From assembly GCA_003009755.1 (NCBI GenBank), contig PXUB01000032.1, forward strand, positions 32,001 through 96,000: DNA of 64,000 nucleotides, in the 5' to 3' direction. The position numbers were made by a program, and so were the translations under genes. The first letter of the stretch is position 1; the number at the start of each line of letters is the position of its first letter. Source of the stretch: Thermoplasmatales archaeon SW_10_69_26. Lineage in GTDB: Archaea > Thermoplasmatota > SW-10-69-26. Below, piece after piece: positions 35,531-48,090 of this stretch. The notes beneath the pieces are model-generated. The model was not told the DNA's origin, made no database searches, and saw nothing but the letters and a program-made list of their open reading frames with translations.

Positions 35531-37447
35531 TCAGCTATCCTCGTCGTCTCGCACGATCGCGCTGACGAGCGTGAGGGCGGACAACGCGGCGAACACGCCG
35601 ACGACCGCCCAGCTCGCCACGCCGAGCTGCAGACCCTCGATCGGCCCGTCGGTGTGGTCCTCACGGTCGTCGGCTTGGGGATCGACGAACCGCGAGGGCT
35701 GGGGGTCTTCCTCGACCGTGAGGACCGAGGACAGGCCGGCCAGCGTGTTGGCCGTCCGGTAGAAGCGGACCGCCGTCGACGGGTTCTCGCTGGTGCTGGC
35801 GAACTCGAACATCGCCACCGGCAGGATCGGCTCGACGTCCAGGCCGCGAGCCTCCTGGATGCTGAGGGCGGCTTGCTGGCGGCTGGCGTTCACCTTCGCG
35901 GGGGAGGGCTCGCCGTTGCGTTGCTCGAGCGTCAGCGAGGCCAGCACCTGGGCCTCGGCTGCCTCGATGATCGCGGCGGCATGGAACCCACGCTCGCGGT
36001 CCTTGTTGGCCTCCTGCAGGGCGTCCTTCGCCGGCTGCGGGTCGCCAGTGTCGCCGCGGACCGAGCTGCTGTAGGCGATCAGTTCGCGCGCCAGGTTCGC
36101 GAACTCGTTGGCCAGGCGCTCGGGATCCTCGGGCAGCGGCGGCTCGTCGCTGAACGGCTGGGACAGATCCAGCCACCAGTGGACGGTGTTGGACCGCTCG
36201 AAGGCCCAGGCCGACTGCAACAGAACCTGATCCACGGAGCCGGTCCCTTGCAGCGCTTCGCGAGCCTGCTGGAGGCGGCGTTCGGCGTCGGAGACGCGCT
36301 CTTGGCCGGCGCCGACCGTGTAGAGGGTGTGCAGACCCTCGACCTCGGCCTCGCTCGCGGTCTCGCGCGCCTCGCGGACGCTCTCGGCGGCGTGCTCGAC
36401 CGTGGCCTCGAGGAAGTCGTCGCTGGCGCCGCGCTCGTAGTAGGTCGCCAGCAGGCGAGCGTGGCGTTCCCGGATCGCCGACTGGAAGGCCTTGCTCGCT
36501 GCGCTGTAGAACCGCTCGTCGGACCACAGCGCCTCGGCCTCCTCGTGCGAGGCGACGGCCGCCTCGATCGCCGACCGGGCGCGCTCCTCGGCGCGGTCCG
36601 GCATCTCGGTGGTGTTCACCTTGTCCCAGGTCTCGTACACGCGCTCGCTGCGGTCGACGATGTCACGCGTTCGCGGGCCCAGGATGTCGGCGTACTGCGC
36701 CGTCGTCGGCGGTTCGCCGAGCTCGGGCTGGGGCAGCTCGCGGTCGGTGGCGACCTCGACCAGCTCCTCGATCGCGGCCACCGATCGGCACGTGATGTTC
36801 AGCTCCTCCTCGCAGAACGAGGGCACGTGGACGGGGGCCTCGCCGTACTCCTCCTGCTCGGGGGGCAGCCGGGGCGTGTAGTTGGCTTCCCCGTCGGGGA
36901 CGAGGAAGATGCTGGCGCCCGCGTCCTCGGCAGCCTTGGCCTTCTCGAGGATGCCGCCCACCGGCCCGATCGAACCGTCGGGGTTGATCGTGCCCGTGGC
37001 CATCACGTCCTCGCGGATCTGCCAGGGATCCTCGCCCTCCGCCAGGTGGGCGTTCTGCATCGCGACCGTCGCCGCCAACGTCATCACGGCGCCCGCCGAG
37101 GGGCCCGAGATGATCGGCGAATCGCTACGCACCGTGTAGAACAGATCGTGGCTGGCCAAGCCCTGCCCGGCGAGCCCGGCGGCCACGCGCGAGGCGATGC
37201 GGGCCGAGCCCTGGAGGTCGGTCCCCGACAGGGGTCGGGTGTCCATGAACACGTGACCCGATCCGTCGGATGAGGCGCGGACCTCGATCGAGGCGTTGGC
37301 GCCGACGAGTTCGCCCGTCTCGTTCAACGACACCGCCAGCGCGGTGACGCGGGCTGGCTGGGTCAGGTTCATCGGCGTGGCGCCCACCGGGGCCGACAGC
37401 GCCGGTCCCAGGAGCACGACCACCGCGAGCAGGCGGGCGACGGACAC
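35531..37447 (-). CDS. Membrane-anchored archaeal Lon-like (S16) serine protease
   Basis: Signal peptide; SGPSAG catalytic Ser; TGTINPDGSIGPVGGILEK Lys; C-terminal TM. Confidence 0.88.
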   Translation of the reverse strand: MSVARLLAVVVLLGPALSAPVGATPMNLTQPARVTALAVSLNETGELVGANASIEVRASSDGSGHVFMDTRPLSGTDLQGSARIASRVAAGLAGQGLASHDLFYTVRSDSPIISGPSAGAVMTLAATVAMQNAHLAEGEDPWQIREDVMATGTINPDGSIGPVGGILEKAKAAEDAGASIFLVPDGEANYTPRLPPEQEEYGEAPVHVPSFCEEELNITCRSVAAIEELVEVATDRELPQPELGEPPTTAQYADILGPRTRDIVDRSERVYETWDKVNTTEMPDRAEERARSAIEAAVASHEEAEALWSDERFYSAASKAFQSAIRERHARLLATYYERGASDDFLEATVEHAAESVREARETASEAEVEGLHTLYTVGAGQERVSDAERRLQQAREALQGTGSVDQVLLQSAWAFERSNTVHWWLDLSQPFSDEPPLPEDPERLANEFANLARELIAYSSSVRGDTGDPQPAKDALQEANKDRERGFHAAAIIEAAEAQVLASLTLEQRNGEPSPAKVNASRQQAALSIQEARGLDVEPILPVAMFEFASTSENPSTAVRFYRTANTLAGLSSVLTVEEDPQPSRFVDPQADDREDHTDGPIEGLQLGVASWAVVGVFAALSALTLVSAIVRDDEDS

Positions 37448-37602
37448 GCGAGGCGAACCCCCGAGGTGGGAAAGAAGCTTGCGGCTGGCCGGGATCCGCC
37501 GGCCGGCACGTCAGGTCGTGCCGCGAACCCTCCCCGCTTATATACGACCTCTGTTATCGCGTAGCGATTCTGTCGGCAGCCGTACAGCTTTGGTGACCTC
37601 AC

Positions 37603-39816
<2,214 letters not shown>

Positions 39817-39822
39817 TCGCGC

Positions 39823-40536
39823 ATGTATTGGCTTGCTGAGATCGAGGACACGGTCCGCATCCCGCCCGACGAGCTCTCCGAGGACCCGGACGACGTCGTC
39901 CAAGAGCTCGTGTGGCGGACCTTCGAGGGACGCCTCTCGAAGGAACGCGGCTTCCTCGTCATGGCGACCGACGTCGAGCGTCTGGGCCCCGGACGAGTGA
40001 TCCACGGCGACGGAGGCGTCTACCAGCGCGTCCGCTTCAAGGCGCTCACGTTCAAACCGGAGGTCAGCGAACTCGTCGAAGGCAAGGTCTGCGAGGTCGC
40101 CGAGTTCGGCGCCTTCCTGCGCTTCGGCCCGCTCGACGGCCTGCTGCACATGTCCCAGATTCTGAACGACTACCTCAACGTCGACATGGGCAACCAGCGG
40201 CTGGTCGGCAAGGAGTCCGACCGCACGCTCGGCGTCGGCGACAAGGTCCGCGCCCGCCTGGTGACCGTCAGCCTCAACGAGTCCAGCCCGCGCGAGAGCC
40301 GGATCGGGCTCACGATGCGCCAAGACGGCCTGGGTAAGTTCGAGTGGCTCGAGGAGGAGATCGGGGCCCCCATCGATCGCCCGGTCGGCAAGACCGAGAT
40401 CGAGGACGAGCTGGACTACGCCGAGCCCGAGGACGACGAGTCCGACGAGGCGGACGCCGAGGAGGAGGCCGACGAAGAGACCGAGGCCGAGGACGAGGAG
40501 GAAGCCGAGGCCGCAGCCGGGGAGGCCCAAGCGTGA
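39823..40536 (+). CDS. rpoE1: RNA polymerase subunit E' (Rpo7) with long acidic C-terminal tail
   Basis: EDTVRIPP, GDGGVY, FGAFLRFGPLDGLLHMSQI, IGLTMRQDGLGKFEW. Confidence 0.95.
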   Translation: MYWLAEIEDTVRIPPDELSEDPDDVVQELVWRTFEGRLSKERGFLVMATDVERLGPGRVIHGDGGVYQRVRFKALTFKPEVSELVEGKVCEVAEFGAFLRFGPLDGLLHMSQILNDYLNVDMGNQRLVGKESDRTLGVGDKVRARLVTVSLNESSPRESRIGLTMRQDGLGKFEWLEEEIGAPIDRPVGKTEIEDELDYAEPEDDESDEADAEEEADEETEAEDEEEAEAAAGEAQA

Positions 40537-40727
40537 GCCGCAAGAAGGAGAAGGCCTGCCGCGAGTGCCACTCGATCACGACCGAGGACGAGTGCCAGGT
40601 CTGCCACAGCAACGACGTCTCCACCGACTACCTCGGCTACGTCATCGTGATGGACCCGGAGACGTCGATCATCGCCCGCAAGATGCAGATCGACCGCGCG
40701 GGCAAGTACGCGCTCAAGGTGCGCTGA
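40533..40727 (+). CDS. spt4: Transcription elongation factor Spt4 (RpoE'')
   Basis: ACRECH..CQVC..GKYALKVR; GTG start overlaps the rpoE1 stop. Confidence 0.93.
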   Translation: MSRKKEKACRECHSITTEDECQVCHSNDVSTDYLGYVIVMDPETSIIARKMQIDRAGKYALKVR

Positions 40728-41215
40728 TGTACGTCTTGCCTGAGTCCCTCCGCGAGGAGCTCAAGGACCCGTTCGGTCCCGTCGTATCCGATGCTCTGAG
40801 CGGACACTTGGGCGATGGTCCGATCGCTACCGTCGGCGACGTCGTGACGTCGGAGGCCCTCGACGAGGGCATCCTGCCGCAACTGATGGTCGTCGACGGC
40901 CATACCAAGCGCACCGAGGATCCCGGGGTCCCGGACTTCCCCGACGAGGTCAACGAGATCCCCGTCGAGAACGACGCCGGGGAGATCACCGACGAGCTCT
41001 GGCAGGCGGTCGCCACCGCCTACGCCGGCTCGAGCTGTACGCTCATCCGCATCGACGGCGAGGAGGATCTGGCTGCTCTCCCCGCCATCGTTCACGCTCC
41101 GAAAGGCGCCAACGTCGTCTACGGTCAACCCGACGATGGCGCCGTCATCGTTACCGTCGATCAGACCACCCGAGAGCGAGCCCTGGATATCCTCGCTCGG
41201 ATGGAGGTCGTCTGA
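40727..41215 (+). CDS. GTP-dependent dephospho-CoA kinase (DUF359)
   Basis: [33 protein letters not shown]; conserved operon position. Confidence 0.9.
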   Translation: MYVLPESLREELKDPFGPVVSDALSGHLGDGPIATVGDVVTSEALDEGILPQLMVVDGHTKRTEDPGVPDFPDEVNEIPVENDAGEITDELWQAVATAYAGSSCTLIRIDGEEDLAALPAIVHAPKGANVVYGQPDDGAVIVTVDQTTRERALDILARMEVV

Positions 41216-41217
41216 TT

Positions 41218-41517
41218 ATGGATATGGAAACCGTCGCGAAACGAGAGAACCCGCTCATGCGTCGGGTGGAACTGGAGTTCGAGATCCACCACCCCGGCGA
41301 AGAGACGCCCGAGCGGGACAGCGTCCGTGCCCTCGCTGCCGACCAGATCGGCGGCGAGAAGGCCAGCACCGTGATCGACCACCTCGACACCGATTTCGGG
41401 CGCGCCTCGACGAAGGGCTACGCCAAGATCTACGACTCCCAGGCGGCCGCGCGCCAGGCCGAGCCCGAGCACCTGCTCGAGCGGAACGACCTCGCCGTCG
41501 CCGAGGAGGGATCGTGA
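41218..41517 (+). CDS. rps24e: 30S ribosomal protein S24e
   Basis: [22 protein letters not shown]. Confidence 0.95.
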   Translation: MDMETVAKRENPLMRRVELEFEIHHPGEETPERDSVRALAADQIGGEKASTVIDHLDTDFGRASTKGYAKIYDSQAAARQAEPEHLLERNDLAVAEEGS

Positions 41518-41669
41518 TGACGACGAAGCGCGATCTCTACGAGGTCGATGGCGACGAGCTCGTCCGCAAGCGCAAGCCTTGCCCGAAGTGCGGCGACGGC
41601 GTGTTCCTCGCCGAACACGACGACCGCCTGGCTTGCGGCAACTGCGGCTACACCGAGTTCAACGAGTAG
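41517..41669 (+). CDS. rps27ae: 30S ribosomal protein S27ae
   Basis: [27 protein letters not shown]. Confidence 0.95.
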   Translation: MTTKRDLYEVDGDELVRKRKPCPKCGDGVFLAEHDDRLACGNCGYTEFNE

Positions 41670-41993
41670 AACATTTTCTTTCTCAGAGGGGCCTCGACCC
41701 CTCCCGACCCCCGGAAAAAGAAAATCTTCGGCAAGAAGATGCGAGGGTTCGCCTGGCGGCAGGAACCCTCGCAATCCGGCCGAAGCGGAGCTTCGGCCTC
41801 TCCGGAGACCGAACGGTGTCGCCGGTCTCCGGAAGAAAACGGGGGTCGGGAGCGTCCGAAGGCGCCGGTGCCGACCGTCTGGCGCCTCCGGAGAGGACGG
41901 ATCTTCCATCCGTCCGAAACGCAGGCCCCCTCGGCGCTGATCTTGGGCGCGGTTGGATCTTCGCGTTGGGCTATCTTTGCTTGACGGGCAGCG
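41667..41993. repeat. Dispersed structured non-coding element, copy 2, with internal hairpin cluster
   Basis: ATTTTCTTT/AAAGAAAAT stem 41673-41725; hairpins 41741-41915; core at 41938-41993 homologous to 24217. Confidence 0.75.
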
Positions 41994-42358
41994 ACGCGTT
42001 CGTGGTGTGGCTGCAGGTCCGGTCGGCACCGCCGGCGGGGCCGGTGGGCAACGCGGCGTCTCCGCAGACCACGCCGGAGGTCACGCAAGCGCCTGTTGCT
42101 CTCCTTGGAACCCGTGCAGGCAGCGTGCAGAGTCCGTCCTCGTCCTCCTCGTCTCTGACCGTCCTTGGGTCTCCTGACATCGCTTCTCTCCCCTCTGTGC
42201 CCCCGTGCCTCTGTGGCTCTGTGTGATCACCGCCAACCGCGCTCGCGGCCCCGCCGATGCGACAGCATCGCACATTTCGACGCTTGTTGAAAGCTTCGAG
42301 AGCTCTGAGAAATCCTTCAAGTCCCTCGCGGCGAACGGTGGCGGTGGTGAGACAGACG

Positions 42359-43414
42359 ATGCGACCCGCGATCGCCGTGCTGATGACCTGTGCCCTGATG
42401 CTCGCTCCCGCGAGCGCCATCGCCCAAAGCGAAGCCGACGACCGTTCCTACGATCTCACGGTCTCGGACGACCGGGCCGAGATCCAGATGCCGCACAAGG
42501 TCGACGACCGAGCCGCGGAGACCGGGGTCGTCTTCGACACGAGGGAAGGCCAACTGAGCGGCTCCTTCGCGTTCGCCGAGGCGGACGCGAGCGAGGAGCG
42601 CCTCGACGTCCTCCTGCACCAGCTCGTCGAGTTCGAGGACACCAACGACGACGACGCGCTGGACGACGAGGACGAGGTCCGCTCCGCCTGGCGGCTGTCC
42701 AACGCGTCCCGCAACGTCACGATGGAAGCCAACGACACCGTCGAGTGGCGCTCCATGGAGACGGTGAACGTCACCTCCGACGACGGCGTCGACGGCACGA
42801 CGGTGCAGGCCGTCGCCGAGTTCCCCGAGCAGGACCCCGTCGCAGGCGTGCTCGGCGAGCTCGGTCAGGGCGAGAACCGCACGGTCACGTTCAACGTGAC
42901 CGTGTTCGACGAGTCGGCCGAGATCGACGGGACCCAGGTCCCCGCCTCCCACGCCCACGTCGACTGGACGGTCGACAACTTCCCGTACACGGCCGAGGAC
43001 ACCCAGCTGGCGCTCGTCGCCGGCGCCCTCGGCACCGGCGAGCTCCAGGTCGCCGACGGTGACAACACCACCGAGATCGCCAACCGTGCCGCCGTGGACG
43101 GCTACGGCATCGGCGTGGCCGCCCAAATCGCCGACCAGGCGACCGTCGACGACGAGGCCTCCGACGTGAACGCCTCCGCGGTCGAGACCGACGAGGCCGC
43201 CGAGGACGCCGAGGAGGGCGAGCAGGTGCTCGCGCTGAGCTACGAGCGCGGTGACACCGTCGAGCACGAGCTCGTGCTCGGCGCCAGCGCCGCGTCGACC
43301 GACGACGGGCTCGTCGACGCGGCCGACGACGAGGTCTCCGCCGTCCCGTCCGTCGGCGCCGTCGCCGCCCTCGGCCTGCTGGCGACCGCCGCCCTCATGA
43401 CCAAGCGGCGCTGA
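42359..43414 (+). CDS. Secreted acidic surface protein with PGF-CTERM-like anchor
   Basis: Signal peptide MRPAIAVLM..ASAIA; several N-x-S/T sequons; VPSVG-TM-KRR tail. Confidence 0.8.
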   Translation: MRPAIAVLMTCALMLAPASAIAQSEADDRSYDLTVSDDRAEIQMPHKVDDRAAETGVVFDTREGQLSGSFAFAEADASEERLDVLLHQLVEFEDTNDDDALDDEDEVRSAWRLSNASRNVTMEANDTVEWRSMETVNVTSDDGVDGTTVQAVAEFPEQDPVAGVLGELGQGENRTVTFNVTVFDESAEIDGTQVPASHAHVDWTVDNFPYTAEDTQLALVAGALGTGELQVADGDNTTEIANRAAVDGYGIGVAAQIADQATVDDEASDVNASAVETDEAAEDAEEGEQVLALSYERGDTVEHELVLGASAASTDDGLVDAADDEVSAVPSVGAVAALGLLATAALMTKRR

Positions 43415-43499
43415 TCGCCGCCCACGTCGACACCGTGCCCCGCCGGATCCGCCGGCGGGGCCTTCCTCTTCTCCCTTGTCTGCTCGCGTCGGGTCCGCG

Positions 43500-44471
43500 T
43501 CAGATGACGCGGAACCGCCGCAGCGTCTTCTCGTCGTCGCCGAGCAGCGCGTCGACCACGCGAGCCGTGTACTCGTAGCGGGCGTTCGTCGTCCGCTCGT
43601 CGTAGGCGGCCAGGTGCGGGGTCAGCATGACGCGGTCGTGCCCTGAGAACAGCTCGAGATCGGGCGGGTCGGGTTCGCCGGGCAGCACGTCGGCGGCGTA
43701 GCCGGCGAGCTGCTCCTCCCCGAGCGCATCCGCCACCGCTTGCTGGTCGACGATGCCGCCCCGAGCCGTGTTCACGAGCACGGCTCCCTCGGGCAGCTTG
43801 TTCAGCTCCCGCTCGCCGATCAACTCCTCCGTCGTCTCGTCCAGCGGGACGTGCACCGTGAGGACGTCGCTGTCCCGCAGCAGGTCCTCGAGGCCGTCGG
43901 CGTACGCGAACCCCGGGCGCTGCTCGAGCGAGGAGTCGGGATCGATGTCGTGGCCCCGGACCCGTGCCCCGAACGTGGACAGGATCTCGACCACGCGAGA
44001 GCCGATCTTGCCGGTCCCGAGCACGCCGATCGTGGCGTCCTGGAGGTGACGGTTCATCAACGTCGACCGGTCCCACCCGGCGTCCTCGTCGAGGGTCATC
44101 GCCATCCCCTCCGGCACGCGCCGGAGCGAGGCGAGGATGAACGTCATCGCGTGGTGGGCCACGCTCTCGGTGGCGTAGTCGTCCAGGTGGAAGCCCTGCA
44201 CGTCGTTGGATCGCATCCACTCGCTGGGCAGGTGGTCGTAGCCGTCCGAGCGCGTCACGATCGCGTCCAGGTCCTCGAAGATCTCCAACGTCTCGACGGT
44301 GACCGGGTCGTGGATCATCGGGCTGAGGATGGACACCTCGGCGTGCTCGCGGGCGAGCTCGGGCGACAGCTCGCGGCGCTCGATCCGTGCACCGTCCAGG
44401 TGGTCGCGGGCGAAGGACCGCTCCTGTTCGGGCACGCTCGTCAACAGGGCATCGTCCCGGGGATCGGACAC
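43500..44471 (-). CDS. D-isomer-specific 2-hydroxyacid dehydrogenase (D-LDH-like)
   Basis: TRSDGYDH, ESVAHH, GTGKIG, HVPL, VNTARG, ADV..EP, TPHLA; start uncertain (GTG 44471 or 44558). Confidence 0.88.
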   Translation of the reverse strand: MSDPRDDALLTSVPEQERSFARDHLDGARIERRELSPELAREHAEVSILSPMIHDPVTVETLEIFEDLDAIVTRSDGYDHLPSEWMRSNDVQGFHLDDYATESVAHHAMTFILASLRRVPEGMAMTLDEDAGWDRSTLMNRHLQDATIGVLGTGKIGSRVVEILSTFGARVRGHDIDPDSSLEQRPGFAYADGLEDLLRDSDVLTVHVPLDETTEELIGERELNKLPEGAVLVNTARGGIVDQQAVADALGEEQLAGYAADVLPGEPDPPDLELFSGHDRVMLTPHLAAYDERTTNARYEYTARVVDALLGDDEKTLRRFRVI

Positions 44472-44607
44472 ACAGGCCGAACACGAGGCCCCAGCAAAGG
44501 CCTTCTGGCTTCGAGAGCCCCGATCCAACGCCGGCTCGTCGTCGGAGAGGTTGGCCACCGCGGTCTCGATCGCTTCCTCGTCGCCCGGCGATCCCTTTTC
44601 CCTTGGC

Positions 44608-45309
44608 CTACCGCTCGTCAGCGCGGATCAGCGATCCCTCGTCCAGCTCGGGCACGACGGCGTACCGATCGTAGGCCAGACACACATCCACGTCGTCCCC
44701 CTTTCCGGCCTCGCGCAGCTTGCGGGCCGAGGTCGATCGCTCCAGCTCCTCGGCCGTCGACGCCGGATCCGGGTTGCCGCCGGTGCAAAGCTCCGCCAGG
44801 AACGTGCAGCAGACGTCGTCGTCCTCCGCGCGGGCCCCCTGCCAGCCTGCCGCGACCAACGCCACGTCCTCCCCAGCCACGGCTCGGCGGAGCGCCTCGG
44901 CGTTGGCCATGCAGCCGACCAGCACGCGGCCGGCACCTTGCGAGGCGAGCAGGGCGCGGGTCCCGTTCGTCGTCGTGAGGACGACCGGGCGCCCGTCCAC
45001 GTCCTCGCGGGCGACCTGAGCCGGCGAGTTGTCGACGAACCCGTCCAGCGACCCCCGGGCACGCTCGCCGACGAGGACCGGGTCCTCGAACCGCTGAGCC
45101 ACCTCGCGCGCTTGGTCGGGGGTCTCGACCGGCACGACCTCGCGGGCGCCGCCGGCGACCGCGACCGTGATCGTCGTCGAGGCGCGCAACACGTCCACCA
45201 CGATCGCCGTCTCGTCCTCCGCCAACTGCTCGGCCTCGCTGGCCTGCAGCGTCCTCAGGTTCGCGACCGTCGCATCGTCGGCTGTCCCACCGCTCACATC
45301 CCAGCCCAA
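44608..45309 (-). CDS. comB: 2-phosphosulfolactate phosphatase family protein
   Basis: VVDVLRASTTI, GER, NSP, TTTNGT, EDDxC. Confidence 0.88.
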   Translation of the reverse strand: MGWDVSGGTADDATVANLRTLQASEAEQLAEDETAIVVDVLRASTTITVAVAGGAREVVPVETPDQAREVAQRFEDPVLVGERARGSLDGFVDNSPAQVAREDVDGRPVVLTTTNGTRALLASQGAGRVLVGCMANAEALRRAVAGEDVALVAAGWQGARAEDDDVCCTFLAELCTGGNPDPASTAEELERSTSARKLREAGKGDDVDVCLAYDRYAVVPELDEGSLIRADER

Positions 45310-45378
45310 CCGGTCGCCGCCGGGAAAACCTGACCCTCGGGACCTCCCCGAGGGTACCCCGCAAACCCCTTATGCAGC

Positions 45379-48087
45379 ATGCCGCGTAGCTCCGTGTTCG
45401 TGACCGGGGACACCGGCGAGGGCCGTATCCGTGAAGCGACGGCGGCCAGCGAAGAGGAGATCCGAGAGATCCTCGAACCCGAGGTCGCCGACTGGTTCAC
45501 CGACCGGTTCGACAGCTTCACCCCACCCCAGCGGTACGCGCTCCAACACCTTCACGACCGGCACAACGTGCTCGTCTCCAGCCCCACCGGCACCGGCAAG
45601 ACGCTGTCCGCGTTCCTGGCCGGGATCAACGAGCTCGTGCACGAAGCCAAGGACGGCGGGCTGGAGGACCGCGTCTACATCCTGTACGTCTCCCCGCTGA
45701 AGGCGCTGAACAACGACATCGAGCGCAACCTCGAGGCCCCGCTCGATGGCGTGGCCGACAAGCTGGCCGAGGCCGGCCACCCCGACCCCGGCATCCGCGT
45801 GGGCGTCCGCACCGGGGACACGCCCAAAAGCGAGCGGCAGAAGATGACCCGCACGCCGCCACACATCCTGATCACGACGCCCGAGAGCCTCGGCATCCTG
45901 CTCAACTCGCCGACGTTCAGCGACCACCTGACCGAGACCGGCTGGGTCATCGTCGACGAGGTCCACTCCCTGGCCGAGGGCAAACGCGGCACGCACCTCA
46001 TGCTCTCCCTCGAACGGCTCGAGGCGATGATCGAACGCGAGGCCGACGAGCAGGCCGGCCAGCGACCCGAGCCCCCACCCCAGCGACCGCCGGCCGAGCG
46101 CGGGCCCGTGCGCATCGGTCTCTCGGCCACGATCCACCCGCTGGACGAGATCGCCGGCTTCCTCGTCGGCCGCGACGCGGAGGGGCGCTCGCGGCCCTGC
46201 CAGGTCGTCGACGTGACCTACGCCAAGGACGTCGAGGTCGACGTCTTCTGCCCGACCGACGACATCCTGGCCACCGGCCGGGCCGAGGTCACCGACGAGC
46301 TGTACGAGACCCTCGACGAGCAGATCCGCCAACACGACACCACCCTTGTCTTCACGAACACCCGCGCCGGGACCGAGCGCGTCGTGCACCGCTTGATCGA
46401 ACGCGACCCCGGCCGCTTTGAGGGCACGATCGGCGCCCACCACGGCTCCCTCTCCAAGCAGCGCCGCCACGAGGTCGAGGACGCGCTCCGCGAGGGCGAG
46501 ATGGACGCCGTCGTCACGAGCACGAGCCTCGAGCTCGGCATCGACATCGGCTCGATCGACCTCGTCGTGCTGTTGTCCTCGCCGCGTGGCGTCTCCCGGG
46601 CTCTGCAACGCATCGGCCGCTCCGGGCACAAGCTGGGCGCCAAGAGCCAGGGCCTGCTCGTCGCGCTCGACCACGACGACCTCGTCGAGTGCACCGTGAT
46701 CGCCGAGAACGCCCGCGAGGGCAAGCTCGACCCCCTCTCGATCCCCGATAAGCCCCTGGACGTCCTCTGCCAGCACGTCGTCGGCATGGCCCTCACCCGC
46801 GTGTGGGACACCGACGAAGCCCTGCAACGCATCCGCCAGGCCTACCCCTACCGCGATCTCTCGCGCGAGGACTACGAGGCCTGCCTGGCGTACCTGGAGG
46901 GCCCCGACGAGCTCGAGGACCAACGCGTCTACGGCAAGATCTGGTGGGACGAGGAGGACCAGACCTTCGGACGGCGCGGCAAGAAGACCCGCCCGATCTA
47001 CTACACGAACATCGGCACGATCCCCGACAGCACCCAGCTGTCCGTGCGCTTCGACGACGAGACCGTCGGCACGGTCGACGAGGAGTTCGTCGAGACCCTG
47101 TCCAAGGGCGACGTGTTCGTGCTCGGCGGCAACGCCTGGGAGTACCGCGGTGCCAGCCCCGTCAAGGCCCGCGTCTCGCCCGCCCGAACCCAGCGTCCGA
47201 CCGTGCCTCGGTGGGTGTCCGAGACGCTGCCCTTGTCCTTCGAGATGGCCCAACGCGTGGCCCGGTTCCGCAAGGACCTGGCGACCACGATCCGTCAGGA
47301 CGGCGTCCAGGCGGCCCGCCGCGTGCTCGAGACCGAGCACGAGCTGGCCCCCGAGGCCGCCGAGAGCCTCGCCACGTTCCTGCGCGACCAGGCGCTGTAC
47401 GCCGGCGTCCCCGGGCCCGACGAGGCCCTCGTCGAGGAGCACTCCACCCAGGAGGGCCGCACCCGCATGGTGTTCCACACGCCGATCGGGCGGCGAGGCT
47501 GCGAGGGACTGGCCCGGGCCTTCGCCCACCGCGTCGAGGCCACGAAGGACTGCTCGGTGTCGTGGATGAACAACGACTACGGGTTCGTGCTCACGCTGCC
47601 CGAGCACCGCAAGGTCACCCGGCAAGAGCTGCGGTCGCTTTTCCTCATCGACCTCGACGACGTGCTCTACGAGGCGATCGACGACGCCGAGCTGCTGCGC
47701 CGGCGCTTCCGCTACGTCGCCGGGCGCGCGCTGATGATCTTGCGCAACTACCTCGGCACCGACATCAGCGTCGGCCGCCAGAACGCGAAGGCCCGCCGCC
47801 TGCTGCGCCACCTGCAACGCGAGCGCCCGAACTCGCCCGTGCTCGCGGAGACCTACCGCGAGATCCTGACCGACGCGCTGGACTACCCGAACGCCGAGGA
47901 CTACCTGTTCCGGTTCGTGTCCCGGCAGGCCTCGGTCCGCTTCGAACGCGACCTCCCGGGGCCGAGCCCGCTGGCGTTCAACCTCGTCGCCGCCACGAGC
48001 GCCGCCGGCGTCCTCAACGAGGACGCCAGCTCGCGGCTCGAGCGCTTCCACGAGGACGTGCAGGACGCGATCGCGGCCTCGCCGTGA
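45379..48087 (+). CDS. lhr: Lhr-family ATP-dependent helicase
   Basis: SPTGTGKT, SPLKALNND, TTPES, DEVH, SAT, HHGS, SLELGID, QRIGRSGH, NIGTIPD. Confidence 0.93.
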   Translation: MPRSSVFVTGDTGEGRIREATAASEEEIREILEPEVADWFTDRFDSFTPPQRYALQHLHDRHNVLVSSPTGTGKTLSAFLAGINELVHEAKDGGLEDRVYILYVSPLKALNNDIERNLEAPLDGVADKLAEAGHPDPGIRVGVRTGDTPKSERQKMTRTPPHILITTPESLGILLNSPTFSDHLTETGWVIVDEVHSLAEGKRGTHLMLSLERLEAMIEREADEQAGQRPEPPPQRPPAERGPVRIGLSATIHPLDEIAGFLVGRDAEGRSRPCQVVDVTYAKDVEVDVFCPTDDILATGRAEVTDELYETLDEQIRQHDTTLVFTNTRAGTERVVHRLIERDPGRFEGTIGAHHGSLSKQRRHEVEDALREGEMDAVVTSTSLELGIDIGSIDLVVLLSSPRGVSRALQRIGRSGHKLGAKSQGLLVALDHDDLVECTVIAENAREGKLDPLSIPDKPLDVLCQHVVGMALTRVWDTDEALQRIRQAYPYRDLSREDYEACLAYLEGPDELEDQRVYGKIWWDEEDQTFGRRGKKTRPIYYTNIGTIPDSTQLSVRFDDETVGTVDEEFVETLSKGDVFVLGGNAWEYRGASPVKARVSPARTQRPTVPRWVSETLPLSFEMAQRVARFRKDLATTIRQDGVQAARRVLETEHELAPEAAESLATFLRDQALYAGVPGPDEALVEEHSTQEGRTRMVFHTPIGRRGCEGLARAFAHRVEATKDCSVSWMNNDYGFVLTLPEHRKVTRQELRSLFLIDLDDVLYEAIDDAELLRRRFRYVAGRALMILRNYLGTDISVGRQNAKARRLLRHLQRERPNSPVLAETYREILTDALDYPNAEDYLFRFVSRQASVRFERDLPGPSPLAFNLVAATSAAGVLNEDASSRLERFHEDVQDAIAASP

Positions 48088-48090
48088 GGC

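Noticed and set aside
44608-45309. Coenzyme M biosynthesis cluster
   Set aside because: ComB-family phosphatases are widespread; no comA/comDE nearby and the neighbour is a D-2-hydroxyacid dehydrogenase, not ComC
46020-46110. Intein in the Lhr helicase
   Set aside because: The insert is a short Pro-rich linker without C/S...HN splice motifs
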